Numbered from the stretch's first letter, positions 1 through 9,756 are shown. The stretch is 64,000 nucleotides of DNA from an uncultured Pelagibacteraceae bacterium (GCA_902633185.1 CACPFN010000006.1:1530-65529); one strand, 5' to 3'. Numbers and translations: made by a program. The notes: generated from the sequence alone by a model not told the origin.

Positions 1-1
1 A

Positions 2-796
2 GTTGGTCTGTTAACAGCTCCTACTTCAGTTTCATTTCAACAGTCAGTGATTGGGATATTAATTGTAGCCTTTGGTGCTGGAGCAGCAGGAGCACTTAAC
101 ATGTGGTATGAAGCTGATTTAGATAAATTAATGACTAGAACATGCTTACGTCCAATTCCAAGAGGAAAGTTGAACAGAAATCAAGCATTATATTTTGGAA
201 CATCTATGGCAGTAGTTTCAGTTGTGAGCTTATACTTTGTTACAAATGCTTTATCAGCATCTCTATTATTGTTTACAATATTATTTTACGTATTTGTTTA
301 TACAATCTGGTTAAAAAGAAAAACTCCACAAAATATTGTTATAGGTGGAGCGTCAGGAGCTTTACCACCAGTAATTGGATGGGCAATAGCAACAAATTCT
401 ATTTCGTTGGAGTCGATTGCTTTTTTCTTAATAATTTTCTTTTGGACACCTTCACACTTTTGGGCATTAAGCTTATACAAAGCTGATGATTATAAAAAAG
501 CAGGTATTCCAATGCTTCCAGTAACTAATGGAATTCAGGATACTAAAAAGAACATTCTAATTTATTCTTTGCTAATGATACCGACAATTGTTTTCCCATA
601 TTACATTGGATTTGTCGGTGAAGTATTCTTAACACTTAGCTTACTACTTACATTTTATTATAATTTAATTTGTTACCAGCTTTACAACTATAAAGTTGGA
701 AAATTTAATATAAAGAAAGCTAAACATATTTTCAGCTATTCAATTATTTACTTATTTTTAATATTTGTTTTTTTCTTAGTGGATAAAGTTTTATGA
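2..796 (+). CDS. ctaB: Protoheme IX farnesyltransferase (heme O synthase), 5'-partial
   Basis: UbiA-family motifs LNMWYEADLDKLMTRT-RPIP, WLKRKTPQNIVIGG, FFWTPSHFWAL, DY..AGIPMLP. The frame is open from position 2, so the start lies before the window. Confidence 0.95.
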   Translation, partial: VGLLTAPTSVSFQQSVIGILIVAFGAGAAGALNMWYEADLDKLMTRTCLRPIPRGKLNRNQALYFGTSMAVVSVVSLYFVTNALSASLLLFTILFYVFVYTIWLKRKTPQNIVIGGASGALPPVIGWAIATNSISLESIAFFLIIFFWTPSHFWALSLYKADDYKKAGIPMLPVTNGIQDTKKNILIYSLLMIPTIVFPYYIGFVGEVFLTLSLLLTFYYNLICYQLYNYKVGKFNIKKAKHIFSYSIIYLFLIFVFFLVDKVL

Positions 797-918
797 TAGT
801 CAAAGATCAAAAATTAAAAAAGAAAAATTTATGGACAGCAGTTGGTTTGGTTGCATTTATAGTTTTCTTATTCATTTTCACATTATTTAATATTGGAGTA
901 TTTGAAAGACCTTTATGA
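793..918 (+). CDS. 41-aa single-TM small protein (CoxF-like position), not in the ORF track
   Basis: ATG at 793 overlaps the ctaB stop (ATGA) and TGA at 916-918 overlaps the ctaG ATG. Translation MIVKDQKLKKKNLWTAVGLVAFIVFLFIFTLFNIGVFERPL: basic N-terminus plus one TM helix. Confidence 0.75.
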   Translation: MIVKDQKLKKKNLWTAVGLVAFIVFLFIFTLFNIGVFERPL

Positions 919-1463
919 TTAAAAAAAATACTTTAACTCCACTAATTCTTGCAGGAATCTTTGTCTTTATGTTGGGATTATCTTTTGCAGCTGTGCCTTT
1001 GTATGATTTATTTTGTAGAGTAACTGGCTTTGGTGGAACAACACAAGTATCTAAAGAGGCTCCTAATATAGTTTTAGATAAAAAAATAAATGTAAGATTA
1101 GATACCAACGTTAATAGTGCTCTTGATTGGAATTTTGATGTTGATCAAAAAACAATGGATGTTCAGCCTGGCAAGGTATACAGAATAAAATTTGAAGTGG
1201 AAAATACTGGAGATGTAATTTCTTCTGCTGTAGCTACATATAATGTTTCTCCATCATCTTTTGGAGCATATTTTAATAAATTAGGCTGTTTTTGCTTTGA
1301 AAAACAAACTTTAGATCCAGGGGAAAAGGCAAGTTACACCCTAGTTTTTTACCTAGATCCAGAATTAGTAAATGATCCAAAAACATCTAGAGTTGAAGAT
1401 GTTACTATGTCATATACTTTTTTCTCATCTGAATATTATAAAAACGAAAAAAAAGAGAGTTAA
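915..1463 (+). CDS. ctaG: Cytochrome c oxidase assembly protein CtaG/Cox11
   Basis: VPLYDLFCRVTGFGGT and the Cu-binding CFCF motif. Confidence 0.96.
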   Translation: MIKKNTLTPLILAGIFVFMLGLSFAAVPLYDLFCRVTGFGGTTQVSKEAPNIVLDKKINVRLDTNVNSALDWNFDVDQKTMDVQPGKVYRIKFEVENTGDVISSAVATYNVSPSSFGAYFNKLGCFCFEKQTLDPGEKASYTLVFYLDPELVNDPKTSRVEDVTMSYTFFSSEYYKNEKKES

Positions 1464-1468
1464 AATAA

Positions 1469-2260
1469 ATGTCTGCATCTGGTCAAAAACATGATTATCA
1501 TTTAGTTGACCCTAGTCCTTGGCCTCTAGCTACATCTATAGCAACACTAGTTACTGCAGTTGGATCTGTTTATTATTTCCACAGTAAAGTTATGTGGGCA
1601 ATGGTTTTAGGTTTTTTACTCATAATTTATTGTGCATTCATGTGGTTCAGAGATGTCGTAATTGAAGCTGAGCACAAAGGTCATCACACACCTGTTGTTC
1701 AAATTCATCACAGATATGGAATGACATTATTTATTGCTTCTGAAGTAATGTTTTTTGTTGCATGGTTTTGGGCATACTTTGATGCAAGTTTGTTTCCAAA
1801 TGAATTCATGGGAAATGTATGGCCGCCAAAAGATATTGAGACTTTTGATCCATGGGATATCCCACTTATAAATACTCTTGTCTTACTTTTATCTGGTACA
1901 ACAGTAACTTGGGCACACCATTCTTTATTAGAGGACGACAGAAAAGGATTTATAAATGGTCTAATTTGTACAGTAATTTTAGGAGCATTCTTTACGTTAT
2001 TGCAAATATACGAATACCAACACGCTACATTTAGTTTTTCAGGTCACATTTATGGTGCTACATTCTATATGGCCACAGGGTTTCATGGTTTCCATGTATT
2101 AGTTGGGACTATCTTTTTAGCGGTTTGTTTATGGAGAGGTAAATTAGGACACTTCACTAAAGAGCATCACTTTGGTTTCGAAGCTGCTGCTTGGTACTGG
2201 CACTTTGTTGACGTTGTCTGGTTATTCTTATTTGCAGCTATTTACATTTGGGGAAGTTAA
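1469..2260 (+). CDS. coxC: Cytochrome c oxidase subunit III
   Basis: HLVDPSPWP, LFIASEVMFF, TGFHGFHV, WYWHFVDVVWLFL. Confidence 0.97.
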   Translation: MSASGQKHDYHLVDPSPWPLATSIATLVTAVGSVYYFHSKVMWAMVLGFLLIIYCAFMWFRDVVIEAEHKGHHTPVVQIHHRYGMTLFIASEVMFFVAWFWAYFDASLFPNEFMGNVWPPKDIETFDPWDIPLINTLVLLLSGTTVTWAHHSLLEDDRKGFINGLICTVILGAFFTLLQIYEYQHATFSFSGHIYGATFYMATGFHGFHVLVGTIFLAVCLWRGKLGHFTKEHHFGFEAAAWYWHFVDVVWLFLFAAIYIWGS

Positions 2261-2266
2261 TAGTTC

Positions 2267-2920
2267 TTGAAAAATAAGTTATCTTTTTCAATTTTTGTAT
2301 ACTTTTTTATTTTAGTTTTTTTGGCATTAGGCACTTGGCAAATTGTTAGACTAAATTGGAAGCTTGATTTAATAAATTCAATCGACCAATCTTTAAAAAG
2401 TGATCCAGTAGAATTTAATGGAAGTAATCCAATTAACTTTAAAAAAATCAAATTTGAAGGAATATTAGATAATTCAAAAATAATTTATCTATATTCCTTA
2501 AATGAAAAGGGAGAGCCAGGATTTGATATTATAAATCCAGTAAGTATTAACAATAAAAGCTATTTAATAAATCGGGGTTGGGTTCCAAGAGACCTTAAAT
2601 CTAAAAAGTATGTTTCAAATGAAAGTAAATTCGAGGGAGTTTTAAAATTAAAAAGTAAATTTAATTATTTCAAGCCAGATAATGACGTAAATAAGAATTA
2701 CTGGTTCACTCTTAAAGATGAAGATTTATTGACCTATACGGGAAAAGAATTTTCTCCATTCATTATCAACAATATTAGCAAGCAGGAAGGAATTTATCCT
2801 AAGTCAAAACAAATAGGAGCCAATATTTCAAACAACCACCTAAAGTATGCTCTCACATGGTTTTCATTAGCTGTTTCCATTTTTTTAATATATTTATATT
2901 TTAGAAAAAAAAATTACTGA
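2267..2920 (+). CDS. SURF1 family cytochrome oxidase biogenesis protein
   Basis: LGTWQIVRLNWK, INRGWVP, NNHLKYALTWF; TTG start. Confidence 0.93.
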   Translation: MKNKLSFSIFVYFFILVFLALGTWQIVRLNWKLDLINSIDQSLKSDPVEFNGSNPINFKKIKFEGILDNSKIIYLYSLNEKGEPGFDIINPVSINNKSYLINRGWVPRDLKSKKYVSNESKFEGVLKLKSKFNYFKPDNDVNKNYWFTLKDEDLLTYTGKEFSPFIINNISKQEGIYPKSKQIGANISNNHLKYALTWFSLAVSIFLIYLYFRKKNY

Positions 2921-4293
2921 TGGAATATATAAGCACTAGAAATAATTCAGATCACTTTTCATTTAAAAACGTATTTCTGAAAGGCTTAGCTGATGATGGA
3001 GGCCTTTTTGTGCCAAAGTCAATTAAACCACTTAGTAAAGATGAACTAAACAAACTAAGTAGTCTTAATTACTATGAATTAGCAGCCGAAATAATTTTCC
3101 CATTTATCGGCGATTTTATGACTAAGGAAGAGTTAATTTCCACAGTATCAAAATCTTACTCAAATTTTAGAGCAGAAGATGTTGTAAAAATCTCTGATTT
3201 AGGAAATTTAAAAGTCTTAGAACTCTATCATGGCCCAACTCTTGCTTTTAAAGATATTGCAATGCAATTGATAGGAAATTTTTATCAATATCTTTTAGGA
3301 AATGAGCAAGAAAAAATTAATATTATTTTAGCAACTTCAGGAGATACAGGTGCAGCTGCTATTGATGCTTTAAAAGGCAAAAAGAATTTAAATGTTTTTG
3401 TATTACATCCAAATAACAGAATTTCACCAGTGCAAAGAAGACTGATGACAATCCATGAAGAAAAAAATGTATTCAACATTGCTATTGAGGGAAATTTTGA
3501 TGACTGTCAAAATTTAGTCAAAGCAATGTTTAATGATGAAAAATTTTCTAGCTCAATAAATATGTCAGGTGTTAATTCGATTAATTGGGCAAGAATTGTT
3601 GCTCAAGCTGTTTATTATTTTTATGCTTATTTTAAAATAGGTAATGGACAGCCTCTGTCCTTTTCTGTCCCGACTGGAAATTTTGGAGATATTTATGCTG
3701 GTTATTTAGCAAAGAAACTCGGTCTTCCAATTGATAAACTTATTGTAGCTACAAACAAAAATGACATTCTTCATAGGGCAATTTCTGGAGGAGATTATAC
3801 TCAAAAGAAAGTTGAGGAAACAAATACTCCTAGTATGGATATCCAGATAGCAAGCAACTTTGAGAGACTTTTGTACGATGTAAAAGACTGTAATTCAGAT
3901 GTTACGAAAGATGTAATGAGTAGAATAAAAAACAATACTTATCAAATCGACAATAGTGACTTAGATGAAATAAAAAAGAATTTTACATCTGAGATGTTAG
4001 ATGAGAACGAAACTATCCAAATGATAAAAGATATAAATAAAGAATATAAAGTTGTAGTCGATCCACATACTGCAGTTGGAATTGGTGCTGCAAAAAAACT
4101 TGGGCTAGAACAAAATTGTGTTGTTTTATCTACAGCACACCCATGTAAGTTTCCAAAAGCAATAGAAGATGCAATCTCAAAAACTGAAGAATTACCAGAT
4201 AGTCTTAAATATGTTTATGATAGAGAAGAAAAATTTGAAGTTATATCAAATGATATAAATAAAGTTAAAGATTATGTAATTAATTCCATATGA
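2920..4293 (+). CDS. thrC: Threonine synthase
   Basis: YISTR, GLADDGGLFVP, ELYHGPTLAFKD (PLP Lys), ATSGDTG, NSINWAR, PTGNFGD. Confidence 0.97.
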   Translation: MEYISTRNNSDHFSFKNVFLKGLADDGGLFVPKSIKPLSKDELNKLSSLNYYELAAEIIFPFIGDFMTKEELISTVSKSYSNFRAEDVVKISDLGNLKVLELYHGPTLAFKDIAMQLIGNFYQYLLGNEQEKINIILATSGDTGAAAIDALKGKKNLNVFVLHPNNRISPVQRRLMTIHEEKNVFNIAIEGNFDDCQNLVKAMFNDEKFSSSINMSGVNSINWARIVAQAVYYFYAYFKIGNGQPLSFSVPTGNFGDIYAGYLAKKLGLPIDKLIVATNKNDILHRAISGGDYTQKKVEETNTPSMDIQIASNFERLLYDVKDCNSDVTKDVMSRIKNNTYQIDNSDLDEIKKNFTSEMLDENETIQMIKDINKEYKVVVDPHTAVGIGAAKKLGLEQNCVVLSTAHPCKFPKAIEDAISKTEELPDSLKYVYDREEKFEVISNDINKVKDYVINSI

Positions 4294-4775
4294 AATTAAA
4301 AATAAAAGATCAAATCCCTGATATAGAAATTTTCCATCTAATAAATGGTGAACCACAAACTAGCAAAATTAGAGATATTTTAGGAAATGGTAAAGTTATT
4401 TTATTTGGATTACCTGGTGCTTTTACCTCAACTTGTTCAAAACTCCATCTACCTGGATATGTAGGTAATGCAGATAAAATTAAATTAAAAGGAATAGAAA
4501 AAATATTTTGTTTATCTGTAAATGATCCATTTGTTATGAATGCGTGGGGAGAAGCGAATAATGCTGGAGGCAAAATTACAATGTTATCAGATCCTTATTT
4601 ATTATTTACGAAAGCAATTGGCGCTGAAGTAGATAGAAATTCAAAAGGAATGGGTATTCGTTCAAATCGTTATGCGATGGTTATTCAAAACTTAGAAGTA
4701 GTTAATATTCAAGTTGAGAAAGAGACTAAACAATGTGGTTTATCTTCAGCAGAGGGTGTTTTAGATTTATTATAA
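4290..4775 (+). CDS. Peroxiredoxin (Prx5/type II)
   Basis: GLPGAFTSTCSKLHLPG, SVNDPFVMNAW, RSNRYAM. Confidence 0.93.
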   Translation: MKLKIKDQIPDIEIFHLINGEPQTSKIRDILGNGKVILFGLPGAFTSTCSKLHLPGYVGNADKIKLKGIEKIFCLSVNDPFVMNAWGEANNAGGKITMLSDPYLLFTKAIGAEVDRNSKGMGIRSNRYAMVIQNLEVVNIQVEKETKQCGLSSAEGVLDLL

Positions 4776-4923
4776 TTAGTATGGCAGTTCTGTTGTCTGT
4801 ACCAATTCAACTTATAACAGAATATAACACTTTTTGGATAGGTACATACCAGGTTACATTGTTAAACTAACATTTTTTTGTGACGACTTTGTAATTGAGA
4901 TTTTTTTCTGATATGTAATTCAA

Positions 4924-5346
4924 GTGAAATTACATTGGATTATTTTTGTAACTGGATGGATGTCATTCAGAGCAGTTGGGTCAGGTTTGTTTTTGTTTTG
5001 GATCTTTACTGAAAATGAGCGTTCGGCGCCATCTGAATGGATAGTTCCTTTTGTGGGCGACTTTTTTATTGGGATAACTGCTTTATTCTTAGTTTACCAC
5101 ATTATAAAAAAACCAAGCACTATACTATGGGGTCTTTTGCTGTCTTGGAATGTGATTGGTTTGTTAGATTTAATCCACGCAATAAATGTAAGTTTTGCTG
5201 CTCCTTATGGACCTATACCAGAAATAGGATTTAATGAATTGACAGTAAGATCTATTTTAATTTTAAATACTTTATTACAGATTTCTTGTATTTATCTATT
5301 GTTTCAAAAAGACATAAAAGAATATTTTAAAAAAAGTAAATTTTGA
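4924..5346 (+). CDS. Hypothetical ~4-TM membrane protein (islet cargo)
   Basis: GTG start; four hydrophobic segments with GD (PFVGDFFIG) and WN..GLLD motifs; sits between the convergent prx and rnhA genes. Confidence 0.65.
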   Translation: MKLHWIIFVTGWMSFRAVGSGLFLFWIFTENERSAPSEWIVPFVGDFFIGITALFLVYHIIKKPSTILWGLLLSWNVIGLLDLIHAINVSFAAPYGPIPEIGFNELTVRSILILNTLLQISCIYLLFQKDIKEYFKKSKF

Positions 5347-5359
5347 GTTTTGAAAGTAT

Positions 5360-5392
5360 GGTACATAGTCAGTACATGGTAGGTACATAGTC
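5360..5392. repeat. Three tandem 11-bp repeats GGTACATAGTC/AGTACATGGTA/GGTACATAGTC
   Basis: Read directly. Related copies at 4839-4848 (TAGGTACATA), 4851-4859 (AGGTTACAT) and inverted at 4798-4804 (TGTACCA). Confidence 0.85.
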
Positions 5393-5467
5393 TTTTAAAA
5401 AATAATTATTATTATTGATAGAGAAAAATAATAAATTATTTAAGGGGCGTTATGTTGCCGGGTGCAC

Positions 5468-5893
5468 CTATATTGCGACAGAGGACCTTGCCAATGAATC
5501 GACTTCATTATTAAGTTTATCTGTTGAATGTGCCTTTACCCAGCTCCATTTAATCTCAAATGTATTTGAAAGATTATCTAATTCGGTCCAAAGTTCTTTA
5601 TTCTTAACTTCTTTTTTGTTAGCTGTTTTCCAACCATTTTTTTTCCAATTATGTATCCATTCAGTTATCCCAGATTTTACATATTTAGAATCTGTAAATA
5701 TTTGAACTTTTCTACCTTTTGGAATTTTTTTTAAAGCTTTAATGGGGGCAAGTAATTCCATTTGATTATTTGTTGTATCTTTTTTGCTTCCTTTAATTTG
5801 AGTTTTCTTTCCATTTTCAATAATAATTGCAGCCCAACCACCATTTCCTGGATTTCCAATGCAAGAACCATCTGTGTAAATTTTAATCATCAA
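5468..5893 (-). CDS. rnhA: Ribonuclease HI
   Basis: YTDGSCIGNPGNGGW, TTNNQMEL, TDSKYV, WVKAHS..LNNEVD. Confidence 0.97.
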   Translation of the reverse strand: MMIKIYTDGSCIGNPGNGGWAAIIIENGKKTQIKGSKKDTTNNQMELLAPIKALKKIPKGRKVQIFTDSKYVKSGITEWIHNWKKNGWKTANKKEVKNKELWTELDNLSNTFEIKWSWVKAHSTDKLNNEVDSLARSSVAI

Positions 5894-6855
5894 GAATAAT
5901 CCTTAAATGAGCTCAGATTTCTATGAAAGTTTAACTTATCTATATACTCCTTTGGATCTTTAATTTTAATGACAGCATTTTTAGGAGTATTTAAATAATC
6001 ATAAGATCTAGTCAAAAGATATCTTAAAGCTGATCCTCTACATAATGTATTTAAATTTCTTTTTTCAATTTCACTTAATTTTCTAACAGATTGGTAGCCT
6101 TTTAATAAATTTGAAGATCTTTTTTTATCTAATACAAATTTTCTATTTTTTTTTTTAAAGCATAAAGCATTAATGCAGGTTGCTAATTCATAAGATAGAA
6201 AATCATTAGCTGAAAAATAAAAATCTATAAATCCATGAAATTTACCTTTATTGAAAAAAATATTATCAATAAATAGATCGCTATGAATAATTCCATTTGG
6301 CATTTTTTTAGGCCATTTTCTTTTGATATCTTTCAAATCATCTTTCATTAAATTTTTTAAGTTTTTAGACAACTTATTAATTTTATTGTCTATTTTATTT
6401 AGAATTGACCCCCATGAATTAATCGATAGAGAATTTTTTCTATATAATTTTAATTTTTTTGAAGCCTCATGAAGTAGTGCTGCATTTTTTCCAACTATAA
6501 AACAATCTTTACTATTTAGTTTATCTTTATCTTTTCCTTCTAGGAAACTGACAATACAAGCTTTTTTATTTTTTAAGTTAAATAAATATTTACCCTTTTT
6601 ATCTTTTATAGGAACTGGACATTTTACTTTTAATCTAGATAGACCAGACATAAGATTAACAAAAAATGGGAGATCTTTTTTCTGAACTCTTTTTTCGTAA
6701 ATAGTTAAAATATATTTATTTTTCTTTGTCTTTAAAAGGAAGTTGGTATTTTCAATACCTTTTTTTATACCTGAATAATTTATAATTTTTCCAATATTAT
6801 ATTTCTTCTCGATAAATTTTATCTGCTTATTATTAATTTTAGTATAAACAGCCAT
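5890..6855 (-). CDS. thrB: Homoserine kinase (type II, APH-like)
   Basis: MAVYT, GIENTNF, LTIYEKR, GIIHSDLFIDN, IDFYFS; ispH-thrB-rnhA synteny. Confidence 0.93.
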   Translation of the reverse strand: MAVYTKINNKQIKFIEKKYNIGKIINYSGIKKGIENTNFLLKTKKNKYILTIYEKRVQKKDLPFFVNLMSGLSRLKVKCPVPIKDKKGKYLFNLKNKKACIVSFLEGKDKDKLNSKDCFIVGKNAALLHEASKKLKLYRKNSLSINSWGSILNKIDNKINKLSKNLKNLMKDDLKDIKRKWPKKMPNGIIHSDLFIDNIFFNKGKFHGFIDFYFSANDFLSYELATCINALCFKKKNRKFVLDKKRSSNLLKGYQSVRKLSEIEKRNLNTLCRGSALRYLLTRSYDYLNTPKNAVIKIKDPKEYIDKLNFHRNLSSFKDYS

Positions 6856-7799
6856 TAATTTAATTTTCCAGGAATTTTAAAAGTAATATTTTCTTTTACG
6901 ATTTCTACTTCTTCTATGTTGACTGTAAATTGATCTTTTAACTCTGCTATAAATTTTTCAACAAGTATCTCTGGTGCTGAAGCACCTGAGGAGATTCCAA
7001 TCGTATTACATCCTTTAATTTTATCTATAGGCACTGGACTTTCCGAATGTATTAACTCAGCAGAACTACAACCAGAGTTTTTAGCAACCTCAACTAATCT
7101 TACCGAGTTAGATGAATTTCTACTTCCAATTATAAAAAACATATCACATTTATCTGCTATTTCTTTAACTGCGGATTGTCTATTTGTTGTTGCATAACAT
7201 ATGTCATCTTTTTTAGGCTCTTTAATATCTGGGAATTTATATTTTAGAGCTGCAATAATATCTTTGGTATCATCTACAGAGAGTGTTGTTTGAGTTATGA
7301 AAGATAGATGTTTTTTTGAGACATTTTCATACTTATTTGCATCCTCAATATTTTCTATTAAATCTATTGAACCTTCTGGCAATTGACCCATAGTCCCAAT
7401 AACCTCTGGATGGTTTTTGTGACCTATTAATAATATATGATGTCCTTGTTTATTTAAGTTTTCTGCTTCTCTATGAACTTTAGATACTAGAGGACACGTT
7501 GCATCTACAAACATCATATTTAAATTAGAAGCCTCCTCTGGAACAGATTTTGGAACCCCATGTGCTGAAAATATAACTGGTCTCGATTTATCTTTAATCT
7601 CATCTAATTCTTCAACAAATATCGCTCCTATTTTTTTTAAACTTTCTACAACATGTTTGTTATGTACAATTTCGTGTCTTACATAAACTGGAGCACCAAA
7701 TTTATCTATACTCTTTTTTACAATTTCAATTGCTCTATCAACTCCTGCACAAAATCCTCTTGGTGCAGCTAAATAAATTTTTAAATTTTTGTTACTCAT
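6855..7799 (-). CDS. ispH: 4-hydroxy-3-methylbut-2-enyl diphosphate reductase
   Basis: PRGFCAGVDRA, SAHGV, DATCPLV, HPEV, DICYATTNRQ, SSNS. Confidence 0.97.
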   Translation of the reverse strand: MSNKNLKIYLAAPRGFCAGVDRAIEIVKKSIDKFGAPVYVRHEIVHNKHVVESLKKIGAIFVEELDEIKDKSRPVIFSAHGVPKSVPEEASNLNMMFVDATCPLVSKVHREAENLNKQGHHILLIGHKNHPEVIGTMGQLPEGSIDLIENIEDANKYENVSKKHLSFITQTTLSVDDTKDIIAALKYKFPDIKEPKKDDICYATTNRQSAVKEIADKCDMFFIIGSRNSSNSVRLVEVAKNSGCSSAELIHSESPVPIDKIKGCNTIGISSGASAPEILVEKFIAELKDQFTVNIEEVEIVKENITFKIPGKLN

Positions 7800-8689
7800 T
7801 TTTTTTCTACCATGAATTCAAGTAAAATATGAGGGAAGGTCAATGAAGCCAATCCAACAAATATTATTTTAATAATACTTTCATCTATACCAAATTTTTC
7901 TGAAATAAAATAAAAAACTATTAAATACATTATTGCTGTGATTACTGTAAGTGGAATAATTTTTCGTAAAAAAATAGGAAATCCTTTCATCAAATTTTTA
8001 TTTATTTCACTAATTAAACTTAGTGAGTGTCTTATAGAATGAAGAAAGCAGAAATAAATTGTGAAAGCCAATATAGGGTTAAAAAAATAGTTTAAAATAA
8101 TTATTGAAAAACTATCTAAAAAAAGAATTGATCTTAAATCATTATTATTACCTCTATATATAAGAAAATTACTTAGCACTGATAATATAACTAAAGGAAT
8201 TAAAAAATTATTAGCCACAATATTTTCGTCTATTGAAAAATTTAACATTTTAAAAATTTCGATTGTCTCAGTTTTGTGAAACAGTAAGGGTGCTGAAATA
8301 ACTAATGATCCTTTAATGAAATAAAAAATTTCTAAAAAATTAGCATTTTTTGTTTCGATAAAGTCACTATCCTCTTTGCCAAAATGATATGCTGCAACTA
8401 TTAAAAAAAGCGAAAGCAACAATATTGGACTTAAAATCCAAATTAAAATAACAAAAATAGCAATACCTAAATAAGTTATATAGAACACTTCTGTATTTTT
8501 AATTTTATAAATTTTTAAAAGTTTTTTACCCTTTTCATGATCCAGCGCACCGTGAGAGATGCCAATTGTAAGAATTAAAAAAAAACTAAAAAGTATAAAC
8601 GAATTATCTCTCAATACCTCAAAAGCAGAAAAAAAAATACAGATATTAAAAAAAATAATAGAATGAAAAAAATTTATTTTGTTGATCAT
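7796..8689 (-). CDS. blh: Beta-carotene 15,15'-dioxygenase, Brp/Blh family
   Basis: Multi-TM protein with His motifs GISHGALDH, YHFG, LHSIRH, LTFPH; downstream of crtY. Confidence 0.92.
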   Translation of the reverse strand: MINKINFFHSIIFFNICIFFSAFEVLRDNSFILFSFFLILTIGISHGALDHEKGKKLLKIYKIKNTEVFYITYLGIAIFVILIWILSPILLLSLFLIVAAYHFGKEDSDFIETKNANFLEIFYFIKGSLVISAPLLFHKTETIEIFKMLNFSIDENIVANNFLIPLVILSVLSNFLIYRGNNNDLRSILFLDSFSIIILNYFFNPILAFTIYFCFLHSIRHSLSLISEINKNLMKGFPIFLRKIIPLTVITAIMYLIVFYFISEKFGIDESIIKIIFVGLASLTFPHILLEFMVEKK

Positions 8690-9756
8690 TATTTAAATAC
8701 AGCTTTAATAAAAACCCATTTTGGCATCTTTAATATAATAGATAAGTCCTCGAAAATGTTACTTTTATTTGAAAGAAAATTTATTACTGTTTTTGACTTG
8801 CTTTTAAACATTTTGAAGAAAATATTTGGCATTATTTCTGGCTTTTCAGCTAGAACTTTCAAAAAAATATTATCTAAAAACTTATACTTACTTTTTATAT
8901 TGAAAGCTCTAGTTTGGGTTATTTTATCAATGTTTTGGGTAATATATTCTGCTTGTTCTTGAATATTTAGGAAAGTATAGCCAGTACTTAAACGCGTCAT
9001 ACCTCCAGCAGTTCCAATATTAATCGTATTTTTGTCGTTTTTAAATTTTGGATAAAATAATGGTATGGCCCCAACTTCTTTATAATTAATTTTATACTTT
9101 TTTAATTTTAAAGTGTTTTCGATGTAATCTGTAATTTGTTTATCATAATCTTTTTCACTATCATCTTCCATTTTTGAAAGCCACGTAGTTTCGATTAAAG
9201 CTGATTTTTTTGAATAGGGTAGTGTATAGAAAAAATGAACGCTTTTTTTTTGATCGCAATCAAAGTCCATTAAATTCATTATTTGATCATCAAAAAAATC
9301 TTTTTCAGTTTCAATCTCAACGCCTTGAAAGTGTTGCCATAAATTAGAATCTTTATTCTCAAGATTTGGCAGACTGTTAAATAAAATTGCGTTTTCTGTA
9401 TTAACTTCACTAATATCTTTAAAGAATTGAATATTAGGATTTTTATTGATTTTATTTAAAATTTTTTTGTAGAATAGTCCACTATCAATACTTTCGTAAG
9501 GAGTTTCTTTACAATCTTTATATTCAACATTTCCTTTAAAATTGATTGTATAATCTTTCCATCTTTTTTTTACACAGTCATCAAACTTGTGAGGTACAGT
9601 TTTCCAATATGACCAAGTTTTATCTCTTTTATATTCATCTCTTTTTTCAATAATTGCTAAAGTCTTATTTTTAAGTTTATCGTGATACTCTAACTCATAA
9701 GCCAATGTTAAACCTGCACAGCCACCTCCAATAATTATGTAATCAAAATCTTTCAT
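8689..9756 (-). CDS. crtY: Lycopene beta-cyclase
   Basis: IIGGGCAGL, TWSYW, LMDF, FFYTLP, IGTAGG...STGY. Confidence 0.9.
   Translation of the reverse strand: MKDFDYIIIGGGCAGLTLAYELEYHDKLKNKTLAIIEKRDEYKRDKTWSYWKTVPHKFDDCVKKRWKDYTINFKGNVEYKDCKETPYESIDSGLFYKKILNKINKNPNIQFFKDISEVNTENAILFNSLPNLENKDSNLWQHFQGVEIETEKDFFDDQIMNLMDFDCDQKKSVHFFYTLPYSKKSALIETTWLSKMEDDSEKDYDKQITDYIENTLKLKKYKINYKEVGAIPLFYPKFKNDKNTINIGTAGGMTRLSTGYTFLNIQEQAEYITQNIDKITQTRAFNIKSKYKFLDNIFLKVLAEKPEIMPNIFFKMFKSKSKTVINFLSNKSNIFEDLSIILKMPKWVFIKAVFK

Noticed and set aside
4880-4905. GACGACTTTGTAATTGAG loosely resembles part of an alphaproteobacterial dif site as I recall it
   Set aside because: No TTATGT-type XerD arm follows; the match is partial and from memory only
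5360-5392. Possible mini-CRISPR
   Set aside because: The units are 11 bp and contiguous, with no spacers and no cas genes
5415-5705. 96-aa plus-strand ORF, and the many other short ORFs antisense or out of frame to core genes (e.g. 142-486, 14144-14497, 32556-32840, 52590-52913, 60627-61106)
   Set aside because: Shadow ORFs of well-supported genes with no recognisable motifs
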